Made by a program: the position numbers and the translations under genes. The notes beneath the pieces are model-generated. The model made no database searches and was not told the origin of the DNA. It saw only the letters and a list, made by a program, of their open reading frames with translations. A stretch of 63,609 bases of DNA, the filler included, from Octopus bimaculoides (Eukaryota), in NCBI RefSeq assembly GCF_001194135.2. It is 5 parts of 3 records of this genome, joined end to end, with 100 filler letters (N's around TTAATTAATTAA, not from the genome) between each part and the next. Parts side by side here need not be neighbours in the genome. Positions count along the whole stretch, not along the records: positions 31,796 to 43,033 come from NC_068991.1; positions 43,134 to 53,764 come from NC_069000.1; 3 more parts are not named here. One strand, given 5' to 3'. Of this stretch, positions 40,375-53,310 are shown in pieces (the stretch's first letter is position 1; the number at the start of each line of letters is the position of its first letter).

Positions 40375-40660
40375 GGTGAAGACGCATGGCTCAGTGGCTA
40401 GAGTGTCAGACAATGCCTTGTGAGTAAATTTGATAGACGGAAACTGAAAGAAAACCGTGTGTGTGTGTGTGCTTTAGTATCGTGACAACCGGTGTTGATG
40501 TGTTTACGTCCCCGTAACTTAGCGGTTCGTCAAAATAGACGGATAGAATAAATACCAGGCTTAAAAGATTTTAAGAAAAGTCGATTCATTCGACTAAAAA
40601 TTCTTCGAGGAGGTATCCCAGCATAACTACAGTCTACTGACTGAACCAAGTAAAGAGAAT
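40375..40660 (+). mobile_element. SINE family A-derived copy, internally deleted
   Basis: gccttgtgagt...gacggaaactgaaag...(TG)n...tttacgtccccgtaacttagcggttcg. Confidence 0.7.
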
Positions 40661-41474
40661 AAAGATAAAATAGTGGTCTTTCGATGATTGCAATTAGGGA
40701 ATCGACCATCGTCTTTCTTTGAAAAGAAGTGCTGCAGTTCTCCTTTTCTAGTAGCTATAGCATATGAGATTGTATTATGGATGAGTGGAGGACATAACTC
40801 TACCACTCCGATCAATTTTTTAACTTCTTTACGTTTTGAAAGAGGCGGAAGGAGGGGTGAGATAGATGCTGCCCTCAAGCGAATTTCATAAAAGTTGGAC
40901 GAGACTGGTACGTAAGTCAATGCCAATAGCTGAATTCAGCCTGGAGATTATAGTCGAGAGAAGAGAAATATTTAGTGTGCAAGCTGGCCGGGGTCATGTG
41001 GTGGTGGGGAGATGCTCTAGCCTGTCTTAAACAAAGGTACTGAGCCCTGTGTGTCCTTGTTCGTACGTTATGTGAACATAATTTTAATCCGTCTTTCATG
41101 TTAACCGTCCCTGTTAATTACATATGTGTGTGTATTTAGAGATAGAGAGAGGAGGAGAGACAGACAGATAGACAAAGGTCCCAATATGTTTTGTAACCCA
41201 TCTTGCATAAAAGTATATAATGTAAAGTCTATGGCCAATAAAGACATTCCATCGTTTTTTATGGAACACGCCACATAAAACTGTAAGCTATCCTTGTATT
41301 CCCTTCCCTTATCAGATATTTCTGTGGCAAATAAATGAAATCATGAACATCATCATAGTCGTCGTCATCATCAAAGTTACTATTACTTGCTTTGCAGTAT
41401 TTCTTCTTTTTTGTTTTTGTTTTTTTGTCTTTTGCTTCTTTTTTTATTTTATTTTTTGTTATGAGTTCAAACAC

Positions 41475-41615
41475 CGTCGAAATCAACTTTGCCTTTCATC
41501 CTTTCGGAATCGATAAAATAAGTACCACTTGAGCACTAAGGTAATCGACTTAACCCCTCCCCCGAAATTGCTAGCCTTATGCCAAAATCTGAAACTATTA
41601 TTATTATTATTATTA

Positions 41616-41689
<74 letters not shown>
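41475..41689 (+). mobile_element. SINE family C fragment with a long (ATT)n tail (41596-41689)
   Basis: ctttgcctttcatcctttcgg...cctcccccgaaattgctagcc...gaaac followed by (TAT)n. Confidence 0.85.
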
Positions 41690-41690
<1 letters not shown>

Positions 41691-42711
41691 CTTCGTGACA
41701 CAGTATAGGTAAAAATGCACCGGAGTCTTTAGTCATCTGTGAAGTCACAAAAGGACCTCAGGCAGATAATACTTTCCTTAAAATGTGCACTGTGCCCAGT
41801 AAGGCTGCTTTTTGCAAGACATCAATCTTGCATGGGATTTCCAGTTTCCTTAAGAAGTTTTGAAGTTTCAATGGGATTGAGCCCAACGCTCCGATCACCA
41901 CTGGTATCACTTTTACATTACCCTCTCGCATTCCATACAGTCTTGCCATTTGCACTTTCAATTCAGAGTACCTGGTGATTTTTTCAATCTCTTTACTCAC
42001 AACATTCGTGTCATTTGGTATAACTACTTCAAAGATCTGACAGTATTTGTCTCTCTTATTCAATATGACAATATCCGGTCGACAGTGTTCGATTACACGA
42101 TCTGTCAGAAAATCATTGTCCCAGCGTTTCGTTACTTTTCCATCCTCCTGCATAATTTTACCGGGTACATGCTCATACCAGTTCTCTTTTACTTCATATT
42201 GGTATTTACGGCATAAGAGCCAATGAAGATACACACACACTTTATCGTGGCGGCGCTTGTATTCTTTATGTGCAAGGTTCTCACATCCACTTACCAAGTG
42301 GGTCACATTTTCCACACTCTTTCCACAGAGTCTGCATTTCTGGGTGTCAGAGGTTTGTAGATGTTATACTTCACTTGGTAGCGAGAGCCAGGTCTTGTGC
42401 AGCAATGATCAGGCTTTCGGTAGTACGCTTTAAATCACCTCGCTCAAGCCATGTCCACGATGCTGTATTATCCGTAACGTCCTGTGTATTCCTTTCAAAC
42501 TGCCCATGCATTCTCATTTCAAGAAGGTCTCCTTTTCTCTTCTCCTCAGCTCTTTGGTTGAACTCCTCCTTGCCCATCATTTCATCTGCATTTACACCCA
42601 TATCTTTCGCGGCATATTGCAGCAGGTCTTCATCACTATTTATCAAATACACGGCAAACGTTCTCCTTTCACTCCTTGTACAATGGTCTATACTAAATAG
42701 TCCTCTGCCAC

Positions 42712-42713
<2 letters not shown>
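41690..42713 (-). mobile_element. R4/Dong-type LINE, 5'-truncated: post-RT region, CCHC finger, restriction-like endonuclease and 3' UTR
   Basis: GRGLFSI...MHGQF...WLERGDLKRTTESLIIAAQD; CRLCGKSVENVTHLVSGC; RRHDKV..YLHW; RPDIV...IFEVVIP; VIPVVIGALG; LLGTVHILRKVL*. (AAT)n lies on both sides. Confidence 0.9.
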
Positions 42714-42758
<45 letters not shown>

Positions 42759-43033
42759 GTTCAGTAGTTTTATTTTTATAACGTGCTTTCACTTCACTAC
42801 CGAGCGCAGCTCTGTGCGCCTTGGGTATGTGCTGTGGTTTGCTGTGGTGCTCTTATGTTTACTGTATTGAAAGTGTTTTGCGTAGAATGTGTGCAGTACC
42901 CAGTAGTGCAATTTTCTGTATGTTATATATATTTGTAAGTCCTGGTGTTTTTGTTATGTATTTGTCTGAATATTTTTTTATTATACCTAAGGCACCTACT
43001 ATGATAGGAATTGTTTCTGTTTTTAGACTCCAC
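42759..43033 (-). mobile_element. 3' end of a second, distinct R4/Dong-type LINE
   Basis: WSLKTETIPIIVGALGIIKKYSDKYITKTPGLTNIYNIQKIALLGTAHILRKTLSIQ*, then a different 3' UTR running into (AAT)n; cut by a scaffold join. Confidence 0.85.
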
Positions 43034-43912
43034 NNNNNNNNNNNNNNNNNNNNNNNNNNNNNNNNNNNNNNNNNNNNTTAATTAATTAANNNNNNNNNNN
43101 NNNNNNNNNNNNNNNNNNNNNNNNNNNNNNNNNGATGAAAGCTGGAGGGTACACACGCAAACGCACACACACAAACACACACACACGCACGCACGCACAC
43201 AAACACACACACACGCACGCACACACATACATACTATGGGATTACTCACGGTTTCCATATACCAAACTCACTCACAAGATATTGATCGCCCCTAGGCTAT
43301 AGTATAAGACAGTTGCCGTGCCCTCGTATACGCATGTTTTATTATCCTTGTCTTATATTTCGTCTGTTTAGTCTTTTCCGTACATTTTCCACGAAGATAA
43401 ATTCTCGACTTCATAAAGAATATTGCCGGATATACTTCCAATTTGGCGATTAAAATTTCATAAATGAAATTGTTGAGAGCATTTGTGTATAAAATTGTGT
43501 ACCGACCAATTGCGACCTATTTTTACTTCAAATTTACGACATACCCAAATAAAAAACGTCATAAAATGTGAACGCTTTGATCTACCTTCGGTATACACAT
43601 TTGTATATATGTGATATCCTTTTGCGTGTGTATGAGTGCGTATTTGGGAGAACAAACAATGAATAGAACTCAGTGCATATATATACATATTTTATAATTT
43701 TTAGGAACAGTTACAAGGTCATTCGATGTTCGAGGATCTAGTACATGACATCAAATAGGTAAGCAAGTTTGATAAGTGCTATGCATATAACCTCTCGTCC
43801 CTTGAGTGAATTACTTGTGTGTGTGTGTATTTTTGAATACATATGTACGCGTGTATCTGTGTGTGTGTGCGTATATACATATATATATGTGCGTGTGTGT
43901 GTGTGTATGTGT

Positions 43913-43951
<39 letters not shown>

Positions 43952-44930
43952 ATGTGATAAAGAAATGTTTCACATTGTATTAGATGGAAATAGGGAACAA
44001 ATCAGTCATTCTTAATAAGGAATGCAGAGATGATAATGAACGAAAGACGGGCGTGAGGACTTCACAAAATGTACAATAGACACTTTTCGTAAGTTTTGTT
44101 ACGCTCTGCTGTGGTTTGTTAAACTGATAATCCAAATTCTAGGCGTGTGAGTTTTAATCCTTCATTTTGTCTGTATCTCTTTCGCGACATTTCTCTCGCT
44201 CACTTTCTCTCTTCCACTCTTTGTGTATAAATACTTTCGTGAGTGTACGCGCTTGCATGTGTACGGGTTAGCCTATATGTTTCAGTATGTATGTAAACTT
44301 TATCGTTCTCGCCTTATATTTTGTCTTCGCGCGCTTTCGCCACACTTCGCTCGAAAATGTATTCTCGCGGTATATAAAGAATAATTCAGATATAACTGCA
44401 GTAATCTCAATTACAATTCATACATAAAAAAAAGAACAATGAACTTCAGTACTTGAGTTGTATTGTTTTATCAATACCGAAGACGTGAGATGCGAAGGTG
44501 ACTTTTAGGGGAATTGGCAACTCCGAGATTCAGAGCAGGAATCGCAAGGCAATTTATCCCGCGCTCTAACGTTTCTGCCAATTTACTACCTATAATGTGT
44601 GTGTTTGTGTGTGTGTATATATGCATATGTATGTGTATTTGTGTGTGTGTGTGTGTACGTGTACGTATATGTATATACATACACACACACAAACAAATAC
44701 ATGCTTTCACGCATGCACAATTATATGTATGTTTGTTTGTGTGTTGGGGGGGGGGGGGTAAGCAAACTGAGATACCAGTTTAAATTGACATATGATATCG
44801 AATCGAAGTACCAACACCTTTACGTCCTGTTGCTGTTTACACCTTATACAATGCAGCAATATGTTATCTCGGCACGGATTTTTATCGAACACCTAAATGG
44901 GTTTATTTCAGCCGTCATTGTAGCTCAAGC

Positions 44931-44949
44931 TGACGTCATCGTGACGTCA
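44931..44949. promoter_or_regulatory. Tandem perfect CRE palindromes (TGACGTCA x2)
   Basis: tgacgtca-tcg-tgacgtca in a locally CpG-retaining segment; function not shown. Confidence 0.3.
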
Positions 44950-46214
44950 TTTCAACGATCAGCGACCAGGGCGTGATACGGAGAGAGAAACATTGGATCA
45001 GATTTTTTAAAGCTTTTTGTTTTAGTGTAGTACAGTAGCAGAATTGATAAGGCATTGGAAAAATTGTTTTGATGTATTTCGTTTCAAGCTTTTTCGTTAT
45101 CCGTCTTTCCTCTTGTAACTCATATCTCTCGAATTATCTCCACTGAGGCATTTCCGATTTACTAGTCTCATTCTCTCGTCAGCCATATTGGGTCAACACA
45201 TATTAAATCGAATCTCACCGTCTAAAAAAACAAAAAAGGCGACATTTGACAGCGTAGACCCCGATGAGGTGAACAGAATTCATCTTTGATCGAAGTGGAT
45301 ATGATTGATCGGTGACTGAGGTGGGCATGATTGATCACCTATAATCATAGGTGTGTTACATCAGTGTTTCTCGTGGCGAAGGGTAGCTCTGAAGTTTGTA
45401 AAGGAGGACAGATAAGTTACCGCATTTAATGCAATTTAGACAACAGCAAATAAGCATTTGAATATTGTCCAGTTCTATCACACAGAAAGAATGCTTATAT
45501 GGATGTAAACCCTATTTTATCTTCTCATTAGTAAAAAGTGAAGTTGAAGTAAAATGTATCATTGATATTTTGCTGGAGCTAGTATTTGTCAGCTTGAGAA
45601 CCATTATGTTAGATGGCTATATATGGGAATGCAACTCTTAAGACAATCTCGGAGTTGTACTTGGTTGGTGCAGTGAATAGGCTGGCTTTTCTCTTCATCC
45701 TTTAGGATTGATAAAATAATTACCGATGAGGTACTGGCTCGATATAAGGTGTTCACTGCATTCTAGCTGACTAAAGGCCAAACAACAGCAATAAATTTAG
45801 TTTCAATTTATACGATTAATGCCACTGGAAATACCAATATTGAAACTTCGCTTCATTTGACTTTCTGAGTCTTCTTAAATTTGATTTCGCTTTAAGAAAG
45901 TGAAGAACTATAAATCTCTGCTAGGAGACGGAGCAGCAATAAAGTGGTTGTCGTTGATCATCGGTAGGCAGTTCTTGCCAATGTCTTTGAGGAGTGTATG
46001 AGTATCACACACAAAATCTCAATTTCCCCTCATCCACTTTAAAAAGTGATATAGGATTTTTATGACTAGACCACCAATCCAGCAACATTAACGTTAGCAA
46101 CAACAACTGCAACAACAACAATAAATACAAAGAAAGAAAAAATATCGTGTCGTATGTTGTTCAGCAAGAAAGATGTAATCTGTTACTGATAAATCCTGGC
46201 TCTCTTGACAAATA

Positions 46215-46319
<105 letters not shown>

Positions 46320-48357
46320 ACATACATACATTGTATACACACACTCACACATATAGATTGTATACAAGTTGTAAATAATGAAGGAATTTTAGCAACAGAT
46401 TTCTGTAAACAAATCTTGCATTGGTAACAACGAAATGACACTGACAGGCAAATGGTAACTTGTTCAAGGCAAAGCTTTGACACACACAGATTTATTATTC
46501 AAGAAAGATGTTCTGTGTATATAGTACAAATACAATGTTCTCTTCACACAATCTTTCCGTTCTCAATTTTCTCTCCCCCTCTGTCTCACCCTTCACTCTG
46601 TCTCATCTACCCTGTCTCTCATTCTCTTTAATATAGCTTTCTCAAAGATTTCTAACATGAGTAACGTTACTCTCACGGGAATTGGAAAAAAAGGAATAGT
46701 TTTGATAAGGAATTCTTAACAGTTGGTGTAGAGAAAGGCAATTTATTTTGCTAATTAATGTGAAGAATTGAACAGAATTTTTTTTCCAATGTACGTCATT
46801 GTTGCCGTGATGAGTTGGCAACTTATTATTGTTGTTACTATTGGGGTACCATATGGCAGTATTTGTAGAGTGGTGAAATGCATTGCGGTGTTAAGTTACC
46901 CTCTTTGTTACCCTCAGTGTTCAAATTTAAGCAAATTCGGCTTTACCCATCATCATCCAAGGCTAGTAATATAAATATGGTAATACAAGTACTAAATCGA
47001 TAGAATCAGCTGTTCACTCTTTCAATAGTGTGTCTTCTGGAGCCAACACCAACACCACTATCATTAACATCATCATCATTATTGTTATTAGTATTATTAA
47101 CACTAATATTATCTGACTTTAATTAGATTACTCTTGAAAGAAGTACTTTTGTTCTAGTTTTACTAAGAAAGTCTTAGGAAAAGCCTTTGAAATGTTTGAG
47201 AGTCTACCATTACTTGAGTGGAAGAAGGGTTTGTGCTTAGCCATTTTAAGTGATTACATATTTTCGATTTATAATTGGCCATAAGCTACAATCCGCAATG
47301 CCTCTCTTGATGGTCTTGCGGCGTTGGAGAGGAGCTGGAGTTACAAGGGTGAAAACTCAACAAGAACATAAGGCGTGAGAAAAGTGAGTTCAGACAAACG
47401 AAAAATAAGATGGGTTCCTCACGGAGACAAATCTGGTTTTTGAGTCGGGTGAGAGAACCTGATGAAAAAAACTGACTTAACTGAAGAACACAAGGAAAAT
47501 ACTGTGCTAACTGACATAGAAATACAAGTAAAAATTTATCAAACACATAAATGAGTCTGCTGATGAAAACAACACTAGTCTATATATATATAGTTAACAG
47601 AGGGCTGATGGTTCTGTCAAACTCAAAGAAGCTCAGAGAAGAAGTTGGATAATGCAGTTGCCTCGCACGTGATTTCAGTCGTGAGACACTGAATCTACCT
47701 AGATAGTGGACGCTTTTATTTCTAATTTATATTTATTTCCTGAATTTTAACCTGATTTAATATATCGTATTAAGTTTTATTTCACCTTCTTCCTTTATCA
47801 TATATGTATCTTTATCTGCACATGTTTTCCAACCTTTTTTGTGTGACACGTCTTGTATGCGTGGGCCTTAATTATTAATAAAGAAAAATGTAATTATTGC
47901 TAGCCAAAATAAGGAANNNNNNNNNNNNNNNNNNNNNNNNNNNNNNNNNNNNNNNNNNNNNNNNNNNNNNNNNNNNNNNNNNNNNNNNNNNNNNNNNNNN
48001 NNNNNNNNNNNNNNNNNNNNNNNNNNNNNNNNNNNNNNNNNNNNNNNNNNNNNNNNNNNNNNNNNNNNNNNNNNNNNNNNNNNNNNNNNNNNNNNNNNNN
48101 NNNNNNNNNNNNNNNNNNNNNNNNNNNNNNNNNNNNNNNNNNNNNNNNNNNNNNNNNNNNNNNNNNNNNNNNNNNNNNNNNNNNNNNNNNNNNNNNNNNN
48201 NNNNNNNNNNNNNTATTTATTTATTTATGTGTTTCAGCCAAGTGGCTGCGGTCATGCTGGTGCACCACCGTGTATATATATATATATATATATTTACATA
48301 TATAAAATATCATTTAAATTAATAATATCCTCGAAAATATATGTTAATTCATATTAA

Positions 48358-48477
48358 CCCACTGTCCTCGTTTGAGGACAGTTCTATTTGGTTTAGTTAC
48401 TGCAATAAAGGTTAACTGGACGCTTCCGTATGTTTGTTATCCCTGTTTGTATAACAATCTTCAAAATTTCGACAGGG
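48358..48477. mobile_element. Possible piggyBac-like MITE
   Basis: TTAA|CCC at the left and GGG|TTAA at the right; perfect subterminal hairpin actgtcctc-gttt-gaggacagt; TIR similarity beyond CCC is weak. Confidence 0.3.
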
Positions 48478-48780
48478 TTAACATCGGTTAAAATGGGTTT
48501 AATACAACATTATGAAGGTTATCCAAACTGGTGAAATCCCAACTAATATCTACAGATATTTACTTATGTTCCTCTTACAAAATAACACAGATGACAGATG
48601 AAAAAACTCTGAAAACATGAATACTTTCAACCGTCTCATTTACTTTATTTCTGATGGCCACAGTCAGCTATTTACATTATAAATCATATTTATAATGTAA
48701 ATAAAAAATTGCTTTATTCACTTTTACACTACATAACGTAATATCTCATAAATATGAACATTTCTCTTGAATGTCTCCCA

Positions 48781-48861
48781 TTCCCTGTAATATGCCTTTC
48801 CCTGTAATATGCCTTTCCCTGTAATATGTCTTTCCCTGTAATATACCTTTCCCTGTAATAT
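48781..48861. repeat. 17-bp minisatellite (ttccctgtaatatgcct), about 4.8 copies
   Basis: Directly visible. Confidence 0.95.
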
Positions 48862-48936
48862 TTTAAATATACACGTGGTTACTTTTCCCGGCATACACTT
48901 TTTGCTACTTATCATTGGATACGGATTGATAAAGAA

Positions 48937-48991
<55 letters not shown>

Positions 48992-50149
48992 CAGAGAGAG
49001 AGAGAGAGAGGGAGAGCGAGAGAGAGAGAGCGAGAGAGAGAGAGCGAGAGAGTGACATAGAGAGTGAAAATTCTCCCTGAAGACAGAGAACCGCTTCAGG
49101 GTTTATATGTTATCTTTTGTTTTGTTTTTCCTTATCTTGAAAGGACTTTTTCCTATTCGTGAAAGTGTGTTTCCATATTTCCATAAAACTCATTTATTAG
49201 ATATTCATATAGTTGTAGTAGTTGAAGATAGCGCTATTTCGCCCTCATTCTGGGCTCGTCAGTACAACANNNNNNNNNNNNNNNNNNNNNNNNNNNNNNN
49301 NNNNNNNNNNNNNNNNNNNNNNNNNNNNNNNNNNNNNNNNNNNNNNNNNNNNNNNNNNNNNNNNNNNNNNNNNNNNNNNNNNNNNNNNNNNNNNNNNNNN
49401 NNNNNNNNNNNNNNNNNNNNNNNNNNNNNNNNNNNNNNNNNNNNNNNNNNNNNNNNNNNNNNNNNNNNNNNNNNNNNNNNNNNNNNNNNNNNNNNNNNNN
49501 NNNNNNNNNNNNNNNNNNNNNNNNNNNNNNNNNNNNNNNNNNNNNNNNNNNNNNNNNNNNNNNNNNNNNNNNNNNNNNNNNNNNNNNNNNNNNNNNNNNN
49601 NNNNNNNNNNNNNNNNNNNNNNNNNNNNNNNNNNNNNNNNNNNNNNNNNNNNNNNNNNNNNNNNNNNNNNNNNNNNNNNNNNNNNNNNNNNNNNNNNNNN
49701 NNNNNNNNNNNNNNNNNNNNNNNNNNNNNNNNNNNNNNNNNNNNNNNNNNNNNNNNNNNNNNNNNNNNNNNNNNNNNNNNNNNNNNNNNNNNNNNNNNNN
49801 NNNNNNNNNNNNNNNNNNNNNNNNNNNNNNNNNNNNNNNNNNNNNNNNNNNNNNNNNNNNNNNNNNNNNNNNNNNNNNNNNNNNNNNNNNNNNNNNNNNN
49901 NNNNNNNNNNNNNNNNNNNNNNNNNNNNNNNNNAAAGCAACAGTAACATCCACCCCTAGGGGTCAGCCACACTTAAGTGGCAATATACTACACTTTATAT
50001 ATATATATATATATACATATATATACGCATATATACTGATATATATATATATATATATGGGAGAATGTACGAAAAAACAACAACAGACGAGGACAGGTGG
50101 TGTAAATAACAAAAGGATGTATTAGTATGACGCTCGGGAATACAGAAAG

Positions 50150-50187
50150 TCTTTGACGTTTCGAGCTACGCTCTTCAACAGAAAGAA
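50150..50187 (-). ncRNA. Minimal type I hammerhead motif with a variant CUGUUGA core, in an approximately 190-bp element within (TA)n
   Basis: ucuuu-CUGUUGA-A-GAGC-gua-GCUC-GAAAC-GUC-aaaga. Stem I has 5 bp, stem II has 4 bp, and the ACGU palindrome replaces stem III. Confidence 0.65.
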
Positions 50188-51754
50188 TACGGAGACAAGG
50201 AGAAAAACACAGAGAAAAAAATTAAATAGTGTTCAGTCAACGGTCAATATTGATGTATATATATACGCATATACATGTATATATATGTGTGTGTATGTAT
50301 GTATGTATGTATGACCAACCATAGGCATCACTCGTAAGCGAGTATCACCTAGTAACATGTAACCTGCTTTCGTTGTTTGAGATGGCTATGTTGTAGCCAG
50401 TAGGTGGACACAATCTCAGTCTTCACATCATTGACTCAGCAGGATATCGAGTCTCTGACAGCTACAAGTTTATGGCGCAGCTCCAGCACTTAGCAGGAAC
50501 AGATTTTGAACCGAGTAAACTAGAATAACATAAAGAACACTACTGAAGAGCACAACAGGTCGCCTGGTCCAGACATTGAGCCCGAAAGCACACACACACA
50601 CATACACACACACACACACACACAGACATACACGCACATACTCATCCACAAAATACACACACTCAGACATGCGCAAGCACACATAGTTACATATATATGA
50701 ACACACACGAGCGCAGTCGCACACATACACACGCACATCAAGTCACACACATATATGTATGCACAAATGTGTGTATACGTACAGTTATTTATGGAAGTAT
50801 TCTATCAAAAATATCAAATATTTCTTCTGTTGTTTTCCAAATTATCATTATTTTAGGTTAGTTCAAATATGTTTGTAGTATATTTCAAATTCTGAAAGCA
50901 ATTTCACTTCAGTTTACGTGGGGAAACATTTCTCGTAAAAGTGTAATGGTACCATTGATAGCTCAAGAGCACCTTCATTTTAGATTCATTAGGCCTTCTT
51001 CGGGGAGGGATACCCGAAGCTGAGTAGAGGGCGCCACTGACCTGACAATTGTGTTTACACCTTTACCATAAGCTAGAAATTTTTCTCTTCTCTAAACTGC
51101 AGTGAAATTGCCTATTAAACTTAAAATATGTTACAGATATTTTTTAAGTAACCTAAATTTTGTTTATTTCTTATAAATTTCTTCTAAAACTACGGCTTTC
51201 TAATCAGCTCAGGGTTATCTCTCGGTGTTATCCTCTACTGAAAAATCCGCAACGAGCCTAAAATACATTAAGGGTCAAATTGAGGGCGCCACTGAGCTGA
51301 GAATTGTGTGTTTGCACGTTTACTATGAGCAAGAAGATTTTTCTCCAAAGTTAAACTGCAGCGAAATTAAAATATGCCACAAGCATATTTTGAACTCACC
51401 TAAGGTTTTCTTTATTTCTTATCACAGCCTTAATACTTTTGTATTATCATTATCATCATTATTATTATCATTGAGTGAGAGAGCAATGCATGCCATCACA
51501 GTGTTACTGGAGTGCAAATATACGAAGCCCAATATACTTATCATGGCTACCCGTCTGATAAGGGCACACTAGGTGCATGCATCACAACCATACGTGTGCT
51601 CCACCACTACTCCTGCTTCTGATCAGACTTGCACATATCGTCAGCTACTAAGGGACATACTCAACTAGTTAAGGTCAAGCAACTGATAAGCAAATATATG
51701 GTACTGATCAGAATATTTGCTGTAACCCATCTTTAATACCTTATTATCATTAGT

Positions 51755-53085
51755 ATAGACGTCGCGCAGTATACAATATCGGGAGGTTGTTGATTGAAGA
51801 TATTGTGTCTACCGGGGGTTTGTACTGTTTGTCAAGTCCCAAAATGGACCTCAGACAGACAGTACTTTACGCAATATGCGTACAGTTCCAAGTAATGCCG
51901 ACTTTTGCAATACACCTAGATTGCATGGTATTTCTAAAGTTTTCAGATGTTTTTTTCAGATTGGGTGGTATTGAACCCAATGCTCCGATGACAATAGGAA
52001 TAACCTTTATGTTTGACTCTCGTGGTTTCCACATCTTAGCGATCTCACTTCTCAGGTCTCCATATTTATCGACCTTTTCTCTTTCTTTCATGATGATATT
52101 TTGATCTCCTGGCACTGTCACATCGATTATTAGGCACGCTTGTTTGTTTCTCCTAAAGGTAACTATATCCGGCATTCGGTGCTCTAATACTTTGTCTGTC
52201 TGGATGTCAAAGTCCCAGAGGATCTTTGCCTTCCCCTTTTCGTTCATTACCTTTTCCGATGTATGTTGGCCCCAGGCACTGTATCCGTATATCCATATTT
52301 ACAGTATAGTAGCCAGTGGAGGTTTTGCGCTACTTTGTCGTGCCTACACTTGTACTCTTTCTTCGCAAGACTTTCACAAGCACTAACAATGTGAGTCATG
52401 CTTTCGACTCTCTCCTCATACATTCTGTAGAGGTCCGTTGCACTTGTGTAGCATATTCTTTTTCGCTGAGTTGATATTCAATGCCTGGTCCTGGGCAGCG
52501 ATGATTAGGCTTTCAGCATTCTTTTTTAGGTCACCCTTGTTAAGCCATCTCCATGATGCTTCCTGGTCTTTTAATTTGTTGGGTTTACAGTGGAACTGAC
52601 CATGTAATTCCATGCGGAGTAGGGTTTATTCTCTCTCGTTGGCTGTTCTTGATTGGAATTCATGAGCACTCTCAAGTCCATTTTTGTTAAATCCTTCTGC
52701 ATTAGCAGAATATAGTGGACTACAGCAACTGCCCATATGTTGATGGCAGTCGCAAGGTTCCTTGAGTTGAGTTTTGATTTCAAGAGAAGTCTAAGGCACT
52801 TGAAACATGCAGTGATAATCCTTGTCTTTCATTTCTATATGCAAGACATTGTCCAGCTCTAGGATCCCAAGGTACTTGTACCCATCATCATCCGAGTCTT
52901 CCATTCTCTCTCTGTTTGGCAATTCTATGCCCCTACAATTTACTTTTTTACCCCGTTTCAAATTAAGCACCGCACACTTCGAGATACCGAATTTCATCCC
53001 TATATCCTTGCTGCACATTTGCACAGCTTCAACCAGCCTCTCCACTTCAGGCTCTGCTTTTGCAAACAGTTTTAAATTATCCATA
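51755..53085 (-). mobile_element. R4/Dong-type LINE, 5'-truncated at the RT catalytic motif, internally deleted and frameshifted
   Basis: MDNLKLFAK...DIGMKFGISKC...YKYLGILE; LNSRNLATAINIWAV; LHGQF...WLNKGDLKKNAESLIIAAQDQAL; KILWDFDIQTDKVLEHRMPDIV...IIDVTVPGD; VIPIVIGALG. An (AAT)n tract lies at the 5' junction. Confidence 0.9.
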
Positions 53086-53098
53086 ATAATGATCATTA

Positions 53099-53176
<78 letters not shown>

Positions 53177-53177
<1 letters not shown>

Positions 53178-53310
53178 CGAGGTCGACTTTGCCTTTCATC
53201 GTTTCGGGGTTGATGAAATAAGTACCAGTAGAGTACTGGGGTTGATTCCATCGACTATGCCTTCCCCAAAATTTTCAGGCTTATAGTAGGAAGGATTATT
53301 ATTATTATTA
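53177..53310 (+). mobile_element. SINE family C fragment flanked by (ATT)n on both sides
   Basis: ccgaggtcgactttgcctttcatc...ccttccccaaaattttcaggc between (ATT)n tracts at 53104-53176 and after 53297. Confidence 0.8.

Noticed and set aside
40690-41099. LKLCSHNVRT, resembling an APE endonuclease start
   Set aside because: Downstream APE motifs could not be recovered convincingly.
43560-43600. Mariner-TIR-like end (minus strand taccgaaggtagatcaaa)
   Set aside because: No partner TIR or transposase sequence was found nearby.
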